64,000 nt of DNA from Vezdaea acicularis. Its lineage: Eukaryota. Within the stretch, counting starts at the first letter, position 1; every line of letters starts with the position of its first letter. The stretch spans positions 124,001 to 188,000 of the forward strand of contig JAPEUI010000022.1 in assembly GCA_026025075.1 (NCBI GenBank). Direction: 5' to 3'. Below are positions 50,173-62,537 of the stretch, piece by piece. The notes under the pieces were generated by a model. That model saw only the letters and a list, made by a program, of their open reading frames with translations, was not told the DNA's origin and searched no databases. A program made the translations under genes and the position numbers.

Positions 50173-51198
50173 TTACTTGGCTACAAACTCCTGCGCAGCT
50201 GCTCTGGTATTACTGGTGGCTTTTCCTTGGAACTGCATCAACATAACTTCCAGAGGTTTCCCAATTATCTGCTGCCACTCTGTTGCACCATCTACCTCCG
50301 ATACTACATTTCGAATTTTCTTCAAGAGGTTCTCTGCCTCCTCAATAGATGCGCGTCGTCCTCTCCTTTTGGGTGCGAGCTTGAGTTCGACACGTCGACC
50401 CTGTTCTAAAAAGCTTCTCATAACATTTAAACGATGACTAAGGTCGTGCTCGTCGATTGCCCAATTCACTTCTAGTTCTTTCGGGGCCAGTGTTCGATTA
50501 GAACTTGCTTTCTTAGGCTCTATTCGCTGGATATGGCGTTCAAATTCTGCAGCGTCCATGAGCTTGCAGACCGGCGTACTTTCTCCCTTTCCACTTTGCC
50601 CACCAACTTGCCCAGCGACTTGAACAAGACGGTATCTCTGATTGTCGTACTGCCTTTTGATATTCCATATGGGCGTACTGGGATTAAACTTCCCCTTTTC
50701 ATCGACCCACGCCACCGCTTTTGCTTGGATCCGGCTATCAAATATGATCTCAGGTGGAATCGCGGCTCGTCCTCCTCTAGACTTCCTGGACAGCTTAGCT
50801 TCTGCCACAACCTTCTCGAACTCTTGATCTTCCATGATCTTGCAGACGGGCACGCCGTTTGCTACGACTCCATTGAGCTGAACCAGGCGGTGAGTATTTG
50901 AGTCGAAAGATTGTCGAATATCCTCAATAGGTCCGGGTTCGTGAGTTACACCTTCAGCATCGAGTAAACAGACTTTTTCCGCTGTGATGCGGTCATCGAA
51001 TAGTACCGTTGCTGGCGCAGACACATTGGCTCTTCTTGCTCGCGAGTAATGGCGAGCTTGTGCTGACCGTGGAGGACGGATGAAATACGGTGGAGTGCTT
51101 CGCAGTCTGGGTTGATGGTAAGTATGCGATCGTACAATTGATGTAGTGAATATTCGTCGTAAAGCTTGAGCAGCACTCCAAGGTGCAGTGCATTGCAT
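50173..51198 (-). CDS. Mitochondrial translation initiation factor IF3-like protein with duplicated N-domain
   Basis: Arg-rich presequence (AQALRRIF), two copies of FD.RI...V...D..G...RLVQ...PVCK.M, and C-domain KELEVNWAIDEHDLSHRL...FLEQGRRVEL. Confidence 0.85.
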   Translation of the reverse strand: MQCTAPWSAAQALRRIFTTSIVRSHTYHQPRLRSTPPYFIRPPRSAQARHYSRARRANVSAPATVLFDDRITAEKVCLLDAEGVTHEPGPIEDIRQSFDSNTHRLVQLNGVVANGVPVCKIMEDQEFEKVVAEAKLSRKSRGGRAAIPPEIIFDSRIQAKAVAWVDEKGKFNPSTPIWNIKRQYDNQRYRLVQVAGQVGGQSGKGESTPVCKLMDAAEFERHIQRIEPKKASSNRTLAPKELEVNWAIDEHDLSHRLNVMRSFLEQGRRVELKLAPKRRGRRASIEEAENLLKKIRNVVSEVDGATEWQQIIGKPLEVMLMQFQGKATSNTRAAAQEFVAK

Positions 51199-51389
51199 TG
51201 CGACTACACCATTGCAACATATGACTAGAATGAGAAGCTCGGTTGGAGGATAAGACAATTTGGAAGCAAAGAGTTCCCGTCAAATTTAGACGACAACCCT
51301 ACAATATGAAACTGCCTACGCAAACCTTCTAACCATCTTCAAAGCGGAGCAACTTGCGCCGTCATTTCAAACATGTCCAAGAGGTTACA

Positions 51390-51962
51390 ATGACATCGCT
51401 GAAGCGCATAGCTAATACGCTTCGGCCATTAAGCCCTGTCTTGAGTGCGCTCAAGTATGTCGCGGCCGTCCATTTGATTCTAGAATGGGTCGTATCATTC
51501 AATATAACCTCTGGGCCGAGCATGCTACCTACCATCGCACTAGAACGGGATTGGGTCTGCATTAGCAAACTTCACGCACGAGGGAGAGGCGTCGAAGTGG
51601 GGGACTTGATAAGCTTTAAGTCTCCTATTGAACCGGGAGCAAACTCCTTGAAGCGTGTTCTTGGGATGCCGGGAGATTTCGTGGAAAGGGATACACCATC
51701 CACAAATGGGGAAGGGAGGCTTCTGCGAGTAAGTTACTCTTTTCAGCCTCCTAAAACTCACTCTAGACGCGTCGATGATCTAATAATTGGCCCGTAGGTA
51801 CCGGATGGACATTGCTTTGTTGTTGGGGATAACACAGCTCACTCCAGAGACTCCCGTCTTTACGGGGCGATACCGCTGGGTCTTGTAAATGGAAAAGTCC
51901 TAGGGAGAGTATGGCCTTGGCCACCAACGCGATATCAGAGCGCCCTTAGTCCGCCTACATAA
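51390..51962 (+). CDS. IMP1: Mitochondrial inner membrane protease subunit 1 (S26 peptidase)
   Basis: GPSMLPT (catalytic Ser), LKRVLGMPGD (catalytic Lys), and intron 51729-51797 followed by VPDGHCFVVGDN...SRDSRLYG. Confidence 0.92.
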
Positions 51963-52371
51963 GCATAGATACCCGATCCTAAGCCCGTCTCGAAACTTTG
52001 GGTATGGCTTTTTGGAGCAGCTTTTGTAAAGTCATATCTCCTGAGGAGGGTTCTCCCTTCAATCAAAATAAATCGCTTGGCATTCGTGAAAGATTTCGTA
52101 GCCAGCTCCTTCATCGCTAGCCGCTTCTCATCTCCTATCCCGTGAAAGATGTCGATTTATCTGTTGCAGGACGTTGAAAATGGCCTGTCACGCACCACAT
52201 GCCACCCCTCACGGAGTGGACTGCTGTAGGTCATTCCGCGCGCTGTCTGATCATGTGGGAAGATATTAATTGCTCTAGCGCCTCTGATAAAGGCAGTGAT
52301 CCTAAGCATATCATATTCGTATACTTTTAATGGAACGTCTAAATCTCATCTCCCCCCGTGAACCCTTCAGT

Positions 52372-53410
52372 TCATCCATTCACATGCTCCATTCCACGAG
52401 TGCTATACCTCTCTCCCGCAACCTTACCCGTCGCGAGAATGCGCTCAATCCTCTTCATCTCCTCCTCACTCAATAGCACCTCCCTCGCATTCTCCTCAAT
52501 CCTCCCTACACTCCTCGTCCCAGGAATCGGTACAATTGTTGGCATATCCGCCCTTTTGCTAAGCGTGAGCAACCAGCCGATCGCCAGCTGTGCAGGCGTG
52601 CACTTCTTCTCTGTAGCTACCTTCTCCAGCTCTTGCACAAGCTTCATATTTGTGTCCCAGTTCTCCGCCTGGAACTGCGGGAAGGTACGCCGCATGTCGT
52701 CTTCGGGGATATCCTCCGGCCGTTTGAGCTGGCCAGTCAGGAAGCCGCGCCCCACGGGAGAGTATGCTACTATAGGGATGTCGAGCTCCTTGCACGCCGC
52801 GGCGATGCCGTTTGTCAAGGGCTCAGTGCACCACAGACTGAGCTCTATCTCAACAGCGACGATCTTCGTCACTTGGGCCGCTTGGCGAATCGTTGCAGCA
52901 GAGACCTCGCTCAGTCCTACGCCACCAATTTTCCCCTCATTCACGAGCTGCGCAAGCGTATTGAGAGTCGTTTCGAGAGGGACTTTGGGGTCGCGGCGTG
53001 CACATTCGAAGATGTCGATTTTCCCCACGGGGCCGAGCATGCGCAAACAATTCTCGACGCTCTTGCGGACGTACTCAGGAGAGCCATCTGGAGCAAAGTT
53101 GCGAAGGCCACCTTTGATGCTGAGAACCACCTTCTTAGCATCTTTGGGGTATTTGGCGTAGTACTTGTTGAGAAGCGTAAGGGAATTGTTCTCGGGCGAG
53201 CCGTAGAACTCCCCGCCGTTAAAGAAGTTACATCCATGAGCTAGGGCAGATTGGAGGGAAGCGGAGGCATCGAACTTGGCGTTTTGGTTGACAGGAAAGG
53301 TCAGGCCTGGTAAAGTGTAAGATTGGGTGGTGAGTAGGAGCTGAAGGAAGAGAAATACCCATCATGCCGTAGCCTATGTTCCCGATCTTTTTTCCGACGA
53401 GTTCAGTCAT
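52372..53410 (-). CDS. Aldo/keto reductase, pyridoxal reductase (AKR8)-like
   Basis: IGYGMMG, FFNGGEFYG, VVLSIKGG, IDIFECARRDP, VAYSPVGRGFLTG and IVPIPG. One intron near the 5' end. Confidence 0.93.
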
Positions 53411-54340
53411 TCTTGTAGTTATGGTCGAACTGTACTTTTAGGCTTTTATTTTCTTGACGATTATAGTAATGGTGATAGGGTACGAATCGAGTTGATCGTA
53501 TGGAGCTGATGTGAATGAAGATAACTTGAAGGATATTGGTCTTGTACTTCTAGATTGATAGCGAGATTGAAGTTTGCTGCTTTTAACCATAATCCGTCAA
53601 ATTCAGGAATTTGAAATCCATTGTGAGTTCATCAGACATTTAGGTATGGAGATACTGCGGGGTTAAGATACCGTACTGTAGCTGGTGCTCACGCACCCAC
53701 ACGATGTAGGGTATGGGGATCGTACGGCACAAAGCTGCATGATCACAGTAACCTGTCTCCATGGATCTCAGATTTCTCGTTAGAAAATCCTTTGGAAGCA
53801 TGCAGCGTGATGAAGTCAGAGATGGGATCGATAGTACGCATTGCTGGGGTCAAGCTTGTCGTAAGCCTCCTTCAATGCCATAGAGATATCAGGAACTTAT
53901 TCTTCTCGTGACTTAGCCTGCGAAGACCCTGCGTTAGGCATGCATCACGTGATCACCGTCATACAGGAAGCGGGGAAGCACTGTAGAATAGCTCCTCCGT
54001 ATTCAGTCGTATCAATCATGAAGAGACATCTATTGACTACTATCTACTATTTGCTACTTACTTCTACTGCATGCGACCATCCCGCTCGACACTAGTCTGT
54101 TGCCTGCCCATACGCACGTGCCTTATACGTGCGAGGAGTTGAAAGTGTCCTGACCAAATGCCTCCCTAAAATGGATGTTCGATACAAGAATGATCACGAC
54201 TTACTTGCTGTTCTGACTGAATTTATTCGAGGTATTTGTTTTTATCTAAGAGGTGAAAATTCGAGTAACGTCCGAAGCGGGTACTTTTCTAAGCTGCTTG
54301 TATCTCTTGATGCAAATGGCCCCTGATGCTCCAGGTATCC

Positions 54341-55251
54341 TCACCAAATCCGATTCTCAGCCTTTGCAGCAACACTCTTCTTTGTAGCAATCTTGCCTTT
54401 GCCTGGCGTCCTGAAGAACAAGCTAGGCGTCTCTCCCTCACCAACCAGATGGCTCAGGTAACCCCTATGCGCTGGATCTCGATAGTACTCAATATCCTTC
54501 CGCGATGTCGGATCAGGTAATCGAAACTTATATTGTGGATCTAGAGGCAGAGGGCCCGGCTCAAATGCTTCTGATGGTGAGTCCCCTTTTAAGACTCTCT
54601 TTATTGCCAGGGGCGAGTAGTAGCGCGTAGTGACCGAGCCTCCGTTTGCTTCGACTGCTGCTATAGCGCTGGCAGATGCACGCGATACAAGAACCTTGAT
54701 GGGAGTTTTGAGCTCGGTAGAATTCTGAACGGACCTTAATTAGTATGAATTCCTAAGGCATTTAGCTACACGAAATAACTTACACGCCCAAGTAGCTTGA
54801 CCCCATCTTTGATCCCATGTATACAACGTGACTTCACGAGTTCTTTCAATGTGATCGGTCTCGAGGGATCCAACCTGCCCTGATCAATCCAGCTCTGGAT
54901 CGTATCCAGATTGACTTTGGACATGTTGACTGAAAACTGGTTATCGAACCCCCTCTTGCCCGCTACGACCTCTACTGGGGTCTGTCCCCCCTGAAAGCCA
55001 CTTGGTACCTTGCCATGAGCTTTCTGTCCCTTTTGCCCGCGGCCGGATGTTTTTCCTCTTCCAGAAGACGGCCCTCGACCACGTTTTATCTTGTGGCTGT
55101 ACGCTTTCGTATTGTCGCGAAGGTCGGCGAGAATCGATGCATTGCGTGCTTGAGGCAGAAGAAACGGGAGGAAAAGTGAAGATTTTGAATCGACTGTTGG
55201 CGAGACTATGAATCTGAACGTTCGTCGCAGGGACGGTATTCGTGGTGGCAT
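54341..55251 (-). CDS. MRPL10: Mitochondrial ribosomal protein uL15m
   Basis: RGRGPSSGRGKTSGRGQKGQKAHG...GFQGGQTP. The second exon has VSRASASAIAAVE and YYRDPAHRGYL and ends ENRIW*. Confidence 0.95.
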
Positions 55252-55669
55252 GATGATGGCCTATGAAAAATGTCGACTCTGATGAAGGAGACGAGCAACA
55301 TTGGGGATGAGTTGGCTGAAGCGAAATGCTGATGAGTAAGCGGGTCAAAAAAAGCCCCTAAGTTACTCTCCGTCATTCTAAAGCTATTACAATATAATTA
55401 CTATGGTCTATAGGGTGATTGCAGATTTTAAGAATCAAGAATGGAGGTAAATATACATAAGAGGGTTGAGACTATCGTGCGGCCTCCGTCGCAAATAGCA
55501 ATATCTGTATCGCCCACCTCCGAACCATCAATCTACGCTAATAATCCAACAAATAACATTCATCCGGCCTTATTTGGACACAGATACAGAAGCACGGTGC
55601 CAATTGTGTCCTAGTTACTTCTACAATCGGACCCAGCCCCAAGGGCTTTCTTTTATGTCACCACTTCCA

Positions 55670-57639
55670 TCACTCTCGAGACACGTCGCGTCCAAAGACT
55701 TTACTCTTGACCCAGTCTACTATAACGAGTACTCGATTCCGTGCTGTTCCTTCATTAGCTATTCGTATTTTCAGACCCACGGAGCTTAATTTACTTACTA
55801 CTGAAACACATGCTGAGATATGCGCTCCGCCAGAAAAGATAGGTCAGACTTCCACCACTTGCAAAGTTTCCATCCATCCAAGTAATATCCGCCACTGCAC
55901 GTTCGCTTCCAATATAGGCAAGACTTCCTTGGTGTGTATATTTGAACGGGCTTATCTGCTTGACGCGGCTCAATCGCCTTTCCCTCGTTTTGAGTTCGGT
56001 CTCTAGCTGCTCGGACTCTACTCCGCGAGCCTTGTCTTGTTTCAGGCTTTCAAGTTCTGCTTGTAAACTCTCGGTCTTGGCCATTGTATTGAAGTAACGC
56101 GCGAGGAAGTTCCCTTCCTGTGCAGCAACCTGCGCAGTTGGCGCATAGTTCGCAATTGCACAATCGCCAACGGCCCAAATATCTTTGGTTCCCTTGACGT
56201 TAAGATATTCATCTACAGCCAACCCGCGTCTGGAATCCTTCTGTTCAGGTATTTGCATCATGAGATCTTTAACGAGAGGCCTGAGGGCGTTCCCCGTTGC
56301 CCATACAAGTAGGCCATAAGGGATCGTTTCGATTCCTTTAGACCCGTCCGGTTTTGTCCACTCAGCTTCGATGGTCTTATCAGTTACTTTCTTAACCATT
56401 GTCTTGAGCTTTACTTCAATCTTCTCGTCATTGAACACCTTCTCGGTGTAGTCAATGAGCTGTTTGGAGAAGCTAGGCAGGACCTAAGAGAAAATCAGCT
56501 TGCTTGAATGTGAAAGTATCCAGTGGATAACGAACAGTTGGTAGAGCTTCAACAAGCGTCACTTTGAATTTGTCTTTGACCTCAGGAACCCATTTCGTAA
56601 TGTCTTGGTCCAAGAAATCCTGCAACTCGCCAGCAAACTCAACACCAGTAGGTCCGCCTCCCACAACCACCATGTGTAACAGTCGCTCGACTTCAGATGG
56701 CGATTGATCCTTGAATGTAGCAGTTTCGACGCAGTCCATGATTTTTTTCCGGATCTCCTGTGCATCGGCAATCTCTTTTAAGAAACTGGAGTGTTCTCGG
56801 ACCCCAGGTATGCCTGTGCATTATTAGCCACCATTACCCAACGTTTTGTGGCACGGACAACTCATACCAAATGTGGCATTTTCTGCTCCAACTCCTACGA
56901 CTAACATGTCGTATGGCACCTCTGTAGCCGACATCTCACCCTTTATAGGGGACTCATCTGAAATTGAAACCACCTTCCGCTTGTAGTCTATCTTCGTTGC
57001 GTCCGCTTCGTAGTACTTCACTGTCGTCTTCTTGTGTCGGAGGAAGTTTCTAATGGGCTCCATGATAGAGCGATGCTCGATCGTACCAGTCGTACAGGAA
57101 GGGAGCAAAGGCGTGAAAAGGAAATAGTTTCTCGGTGATATAACGATGACATTGTAGTGCTCTGTATCAAGACTCTTCAAAAGAGAGACAGATCCCCAGC
57201 CAGTACCTGATCAGCTTCGTTAGTAAATTTCTGTTGAGAAATGCGCTGAATTCAGGGACATACCCAGAATGACAAGAGTTTTCTTGCTTGGATCAGGATC
57301 TTCCTGGTCAATTGGGTTCCGTAAGTGCCAAACAGAATACCCAAGGTAAACGGTTCCGCCAATCGCAGAGAGATAGGTAAGGCGCCAGGTCCATAGGAAA
57401 AATGTCCGTGTCCGACCTCTTGGCTTCGGGCTTGGTGTAATATCGGCATATGTCCTCCTGGACGATTGTTGTAAGGCAGTTTTTTGGAAGCTCGATTTGT
57501 TGGGAGCATGTCTTGTTGACCGAATAGAAGTGGTGGAGCCAGAAAAAAAAGACCGTTGAGGGATAGCTCTGGTTGTCGCAATACGGCCACCCGTAGCAAT
57601 TGGCAGCCGCAACGCCACTCGAGAAGCTGGTGCTACCAT
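55670..57639 (-). CDS. NDE1: Alternative (type II) external NADH dehydrogenase
   Basis: LVILGTGWGS, SPRNYFLFTPLLPS, VVVGGGPTGVEFAGEL, PTAQVAAQEG, WRSAYLS and terminal FGRDVSRE. Confidence 0.95.
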
Positions 57640-58362
57640 GATGTGATGCTCCTCTCGCACAGAGAGCTTGAAGGTCAATAAGAAGACGAAGTTGGGAAGC
57701 TGAAGGCTTCCGACTTTATATGGTGAGTAGGGAGATCGCCTAAGAAAGCTTGGACCACCAATAGGGTCTCCCTATTTTCTCCCGAGAGATAACAAAATTC
57801 GACGAGTCAGTCGCCGAAGTTGCCCCCAAAAGCAACCGCAGGAGAATTCTGTGCTCGCGTGCTCAAAACGTTATGCAGTCCACATGCTCCCAGCCTCGTT
57901 GACCTTTCAATTCTTAATCGCGTACTACTGGTTCTTCAAACATGAACAATGCTAGCGGTGTAGGAAACGTTGAGGGCCTCGGCGATGATGTGCCATTCTA
58001 CAAGCGCCAGTAGATTGCTCTTTTCGAACATCATCCAGGTATCTACTAAGAAGGTTTCATATGCGCAGAAGAATACTTCTCGGGCCAATTGACGACCGTT
58101 AAAACGATTTTGCTCCGAACGTATGGTACCATTTCTAAAGACTACTTTGTGAGGACGCGGATGCTTGTCAACTTCGAATGCATCATGAAAAGGAAATCGC
58201 ACAACTCCCGGAGCCTCCCTAATGTCATGCTCCACCCCAATCCAACCAAGCTCAAACTCGAAACCAATAGATACAAGAAGAGCCCTGAAGTCCTTGATGA
58301 GTCAAGACGATCCTGCCTAGTGTGCGCCTAGTCCATCATTTCCCCTAATTCAGGCCACTGCT

Positions 58363-60198
58363 CTATTTCGGTTTTTGTAACTCCTTTATACCCTTCGGAT
58401 CCAACTCAGGCCCCGGCTCTTGCTCCTCTGGTATTCTTTCTCGGTCTATAGCCACGGTTCCACTCTCTACAGCTTTCTCCGTTGCCTCGAGAACGATCTT
58501 CTCCGCCTCACTAATTCCGCCTTGTCTTGTTGGTGGATCTCCCTCAACCCCAATGAGATCGGTTTGTTGGTGCTGGGTGCTAGCTTTGTTGTCAAAGCGA
58601 ACAACCATGCATGACAAATTGTCCGTAGAAAATCGGGCAAGAGCATGTTCAACCAGTATTTTGGAAGCAATCTGAGGGTCGGGTTGATTGCGTATAAGGT
58701 CGACAGCTTCTTGATCTGAGCAGACATCCCAGAGCTGTATATATACATATTAGTGATGATACTTCCATACTTAAGGGGGTATAAGATGGAATAATGAGCT
58801 TACCCCGTCGCATGCTAAGATTAGAAATTCATCGATTTCTGGTTGTATCACTGTCTCCGTTGTATAAGGATGTCCTGTAACCAGGTCTTTCATATAAGCA
58901 TCGCCTAGGGCACGAGTAACGGCTAGCACGCCATTCACGCGATTATTGAGGATAAGACCACCCGCATTAGCAACACGCCTGCCTTCATTTTCGTCGCTAC
59001 CTTTGTGATCATAAGAAAGCCGAAGTGCCTTTCCACTTCGACATAGGACTATCCTAGCATCTCCAACATTCGCAGTATATAGGACGCGTTGTCTAGAAGC
59101 TGATTCCGCGAGCTTGACTTGTGCAGATGATAGAGTAGATTGGAAAGGTGGAGCGATAGCAGTAGCAGCTGCTTCGGTCTTGGTCTGCGAAGACGTTGAG
59201 CTAGTTGATGTCAAGGACGGATCAGAAGCGTTCTTCGAGGGATCTTCCGCTTTGTGAGCTTCGTTGACAGCTTTCACCGCTGCGGCTGTGGCTGGTGCGA
59301 TAGCCGTAGAACCTGTAGCAGATTGGGGGTTCGGTATGCGATCCTCCCAGCGCAATACCGCAGTAACAGCAGTACAGCCACTATTCTTCAGAGGAAGCTT
59401 ATCTAGCTGTTGATCAACACTTGTGAAAGTTTGGTCTAGGAGCTCAGGGATTGGGGTGTTTGGATTTTTGCGTATGTGGTCTTCCAGGATGAGATGAAGC
59501 TTCTTTCCGCACCATTCAGCTGCAAAGTTTCCTGCGTGACCATCGAATATAGCGAAATAGCCATTATCAGATTCAATGATGTCAGCTTTCGAAGATGCGG
59601 TGCTATTATCCGAAGCCGCCGTGGATGATCCACTGGTTGACTTTTTACTTAGTGAGCTTGATCCGGGACCAATGATAGGAGCTGGGGTGCTTAGAAAGTT
59701 GTATAGATACGAATGGGTGTCTTCCATGGTCCTCCGACATTTCTTGTTCTTGTCCTCGGTGACCCCCACCTTGAAGGTAGATCTTGGCCCAGGTAGTGAT
59801 TCACCGGCTGAATTATTGTTTGGCCCCTGAGCCACAGCAAGTGCAGGATCTATCTTTCCTAACTTCTGCATAGGAGTTTGAGGAGCGTGCGGGTCACTTA
59901 AACCGCCGGTCGCTGAATTAGAACCGTGGTGGAGATGAAGGGAGTTCTTGGCGCTAGCAAACAACGAGCTTGCTTTGCTCACACTACTACTCCGTCTCTT
60001 CTTGTCGCCACTGGGGCTGTCTTCGTCTTGAGATTTGGCACCAGGACTGCTGGTTGCATTATTCCGCTTAGCCCCACTCTTGACTTCCTCCAAAGCAGCA
60101 GTACCATCAGTTGATGGAGATTTAGACTTAGGTGGGGAATGCGAGTCGACTACAACATCGGTATCGCCTTGTTTTAAAAGATTTGAGCTACCAAACAT
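58363..60198 (-). CDS. PTC1: Protein phosphatase 2C Ptc1
   Basis: [51 protein letters not shown] and [12 protein letters not shown]. One intron near 58743-58803. Confidence 0.95.
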
Positions 60199-61404
60199 CT
60201 TGTTCAGGAGCCCTCCTGGTCGGGAGGTACTCCCTCGTTTTTCTCCTGCCAGAATGATGGACGGATAGGGACCAGGCCTTGACAAACAAGCGCTTATATC
60301 TCAAATTTGAGCCTTTGCGAAGTGGTTTAGTCAGTATTAATAAACCAGCTTTGGCTTGGGCAGGTTGAGCCACGAGATCATGAGACTAACCTAGGGTGAC
60401 TAGGTCTTCAAACTAGAAACTCTCGGAGAATATGGGATGGGCTGATAGGTTGAACTGGGCGCGTGCTACTGAAGGTTTCACTGGAGTGCGAATTCGGTTG
60501 GAAGCAGGATAGGAAACTCGCTCATGAACTATGAAAGGCGCTAATTGTGTCCTCAGAGGAGTAGGTGATCGTGTGTATAGGAGTGTTTTATATTGTATGA
60601 GCTCGCGCAGCGGGATACCAAACTGTCCGAGCGCAAAAGCTATAGAGTGGAAATCGGTGTTGTGGAGGGTGAAGCCCGAGCAAGGATAAGACGGAGGAGT
60701 TCGTAGAAAGGATGCTTACGAGTGACAGTGAATGCCGCTGAGCACCAATTTACGGAGGAGAGGTAAAACAATGACGAGGCTACGGTACACAGTCGTACAG
60801 ACCGTGGCTGACGCTGGCTCAAGTTTAGGCGGCGGTTGCAGCTTTGCTGGACGCCGGATATTGACTAGGAGTGGGGTGCCCGCGCCTGTCCTCTTCTCGC
60901 TAAGAATAGTGCCAAGACCGACCCTGCAGTATGACGCTGCATCCAGTAGCCGACGGAGCTGTTGCAATCTCCTTCAGCGTGATCAACAGACGGTAATATG
61001 ATCTGCACTCTTACGCTGGGGTATATTGGGATGATTAATTACGATACGATATTTCATCCTTTTCTTCCGGTTATCGCCTGCGTTTGCCAACTAGATGCGG
61101 CCTATAAAGACGTCCATTGCTAGGAGCGGAGCTACAATATTTGCTCCGGCACTGGAAGCAAGCATAAGCTAGGCACCAATGCCCACAACAATGTAACTGC
61201 GAAAGACTACTAGCTATAATGTATAGCTTATGCGACTGAGGCCGAGATGTCCCTAAGTGACGCTCAGGCCATGAACGAACCTGATAAAGTAGACGCGACG
61301 TTCTGAACACCACGCAGCCCACTACCCTTAGGATAAGACGCCTTGAGACTCCTTGATGCGCCCGTTTTAATCCTGATCTCAAAGCCTCTATACCCAAAGA
61401 GCTA

Positions 61405-62238
61405 TCACTTCGTTAAGTTATTGAAACGAGCTTGGAGATCATCATCTCCTCCACCAACAGCCTGGGCGACACGGCCTTCTCCCACAGCCGTCGATTGTAT
61501 ACCACTTGGAGTTTCCCCCAGCTATGATGTTTTGAATTAGTATGACCTTCCGTTTGCTGTATCGATGAGACTAGAATCAAACTTACAGATTGGTTCAGTT
61601 CAACGCCTAGCTCATCCAAGACTTGGTTCACGACTTCTTCACCTTCCTGCTCGTCTTCTAGCCCTGTAACATCGTCTATAGCGTCGTCCATCATCTCTTG
61701 TCGCTGATCCATGATGTCGTTCTCCTTTTCGAACTCCATCGCTATCCTTTGGAGAGCGGGGAGGTTCATGCTTCGATTCATGCTGCCAAGCAAGGATGTA
61801 GCACCCTTCATTGATTGCATCATTTGCTCATTACTTCGGACCGTCTTGCACTATATATTAGTTCAACCGTTCGAGAAAGGAATCAGAAATGCGGACCTGT
61901 ATTCGAAGGGAAACGGCCTGAAGTTGGGTGCGCATCTGGTAGAACTTCTGAATATAATTGCGAGTCCTCACTAAGTCCTTGGCTTGAATTTTACAAGCTC
62001 CCATCTGGCCATTCTTGGCGCTCTTCTTTATATCCTGAACCAACTTCTTCTCCTGGTTTTCTAACTTCACACGTTCCCGGTCAAGCTCTCGTTGTGTTTT
62101 CTCCAAGGCCCTTTGGTGCTTTCGTAAACGTTCCGCCGGCGTCATGCGCTTACCGAACGCCCATTCAACGATCTAAGACTACATTAGTTGAAGCACCCAC
62201 TGAATGGCGAGATCGTTGAGAGCGCAGCATACATTCAT
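61405..62238 (-). CDS. DID4: ESCRT-III subunit Vps2/Did4
   Basis: Four exons reading MN / IVEWAFGKRMTPAERLRKHQR...AKDLVRTR / TVRSNEQMMQSMKGAT / LGETP...DDLQARFNNL. Confidence 0.96.
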
Positions 62239-62537
62239 GACGAATTTGAGACCAGCTGCCGCACCATAAGAGTGATATCGGTCTTAGACACTGAAAGAGC
62301 GAGTTAACAAGAGCGAATGAGTGTGCTATACACACTATCTAGACGAGCTCTGACCTATGACTTTGCGGAGCGCGGCCAAGGTTTCGCTTCGCTGATTACG
62401 TAAGGCTTTCCGCCACAACCTCGGATTCTTATACGACAGGCTCATCAAATGGAAGCACATCAATACTGCGATATCACTTCGTCTATGGTGAACCTCAGAC
62501 CCAGAACGCGTATTTTCTCATACTGAGTCTTTCAGTA

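Noticed and set aside
52358..53244. Long antisense ORFs (267 and 203 aa) over the aldo/keto reductase
   Set aside because: Typical shadow ORFs produced by codon bias of the sense gene.
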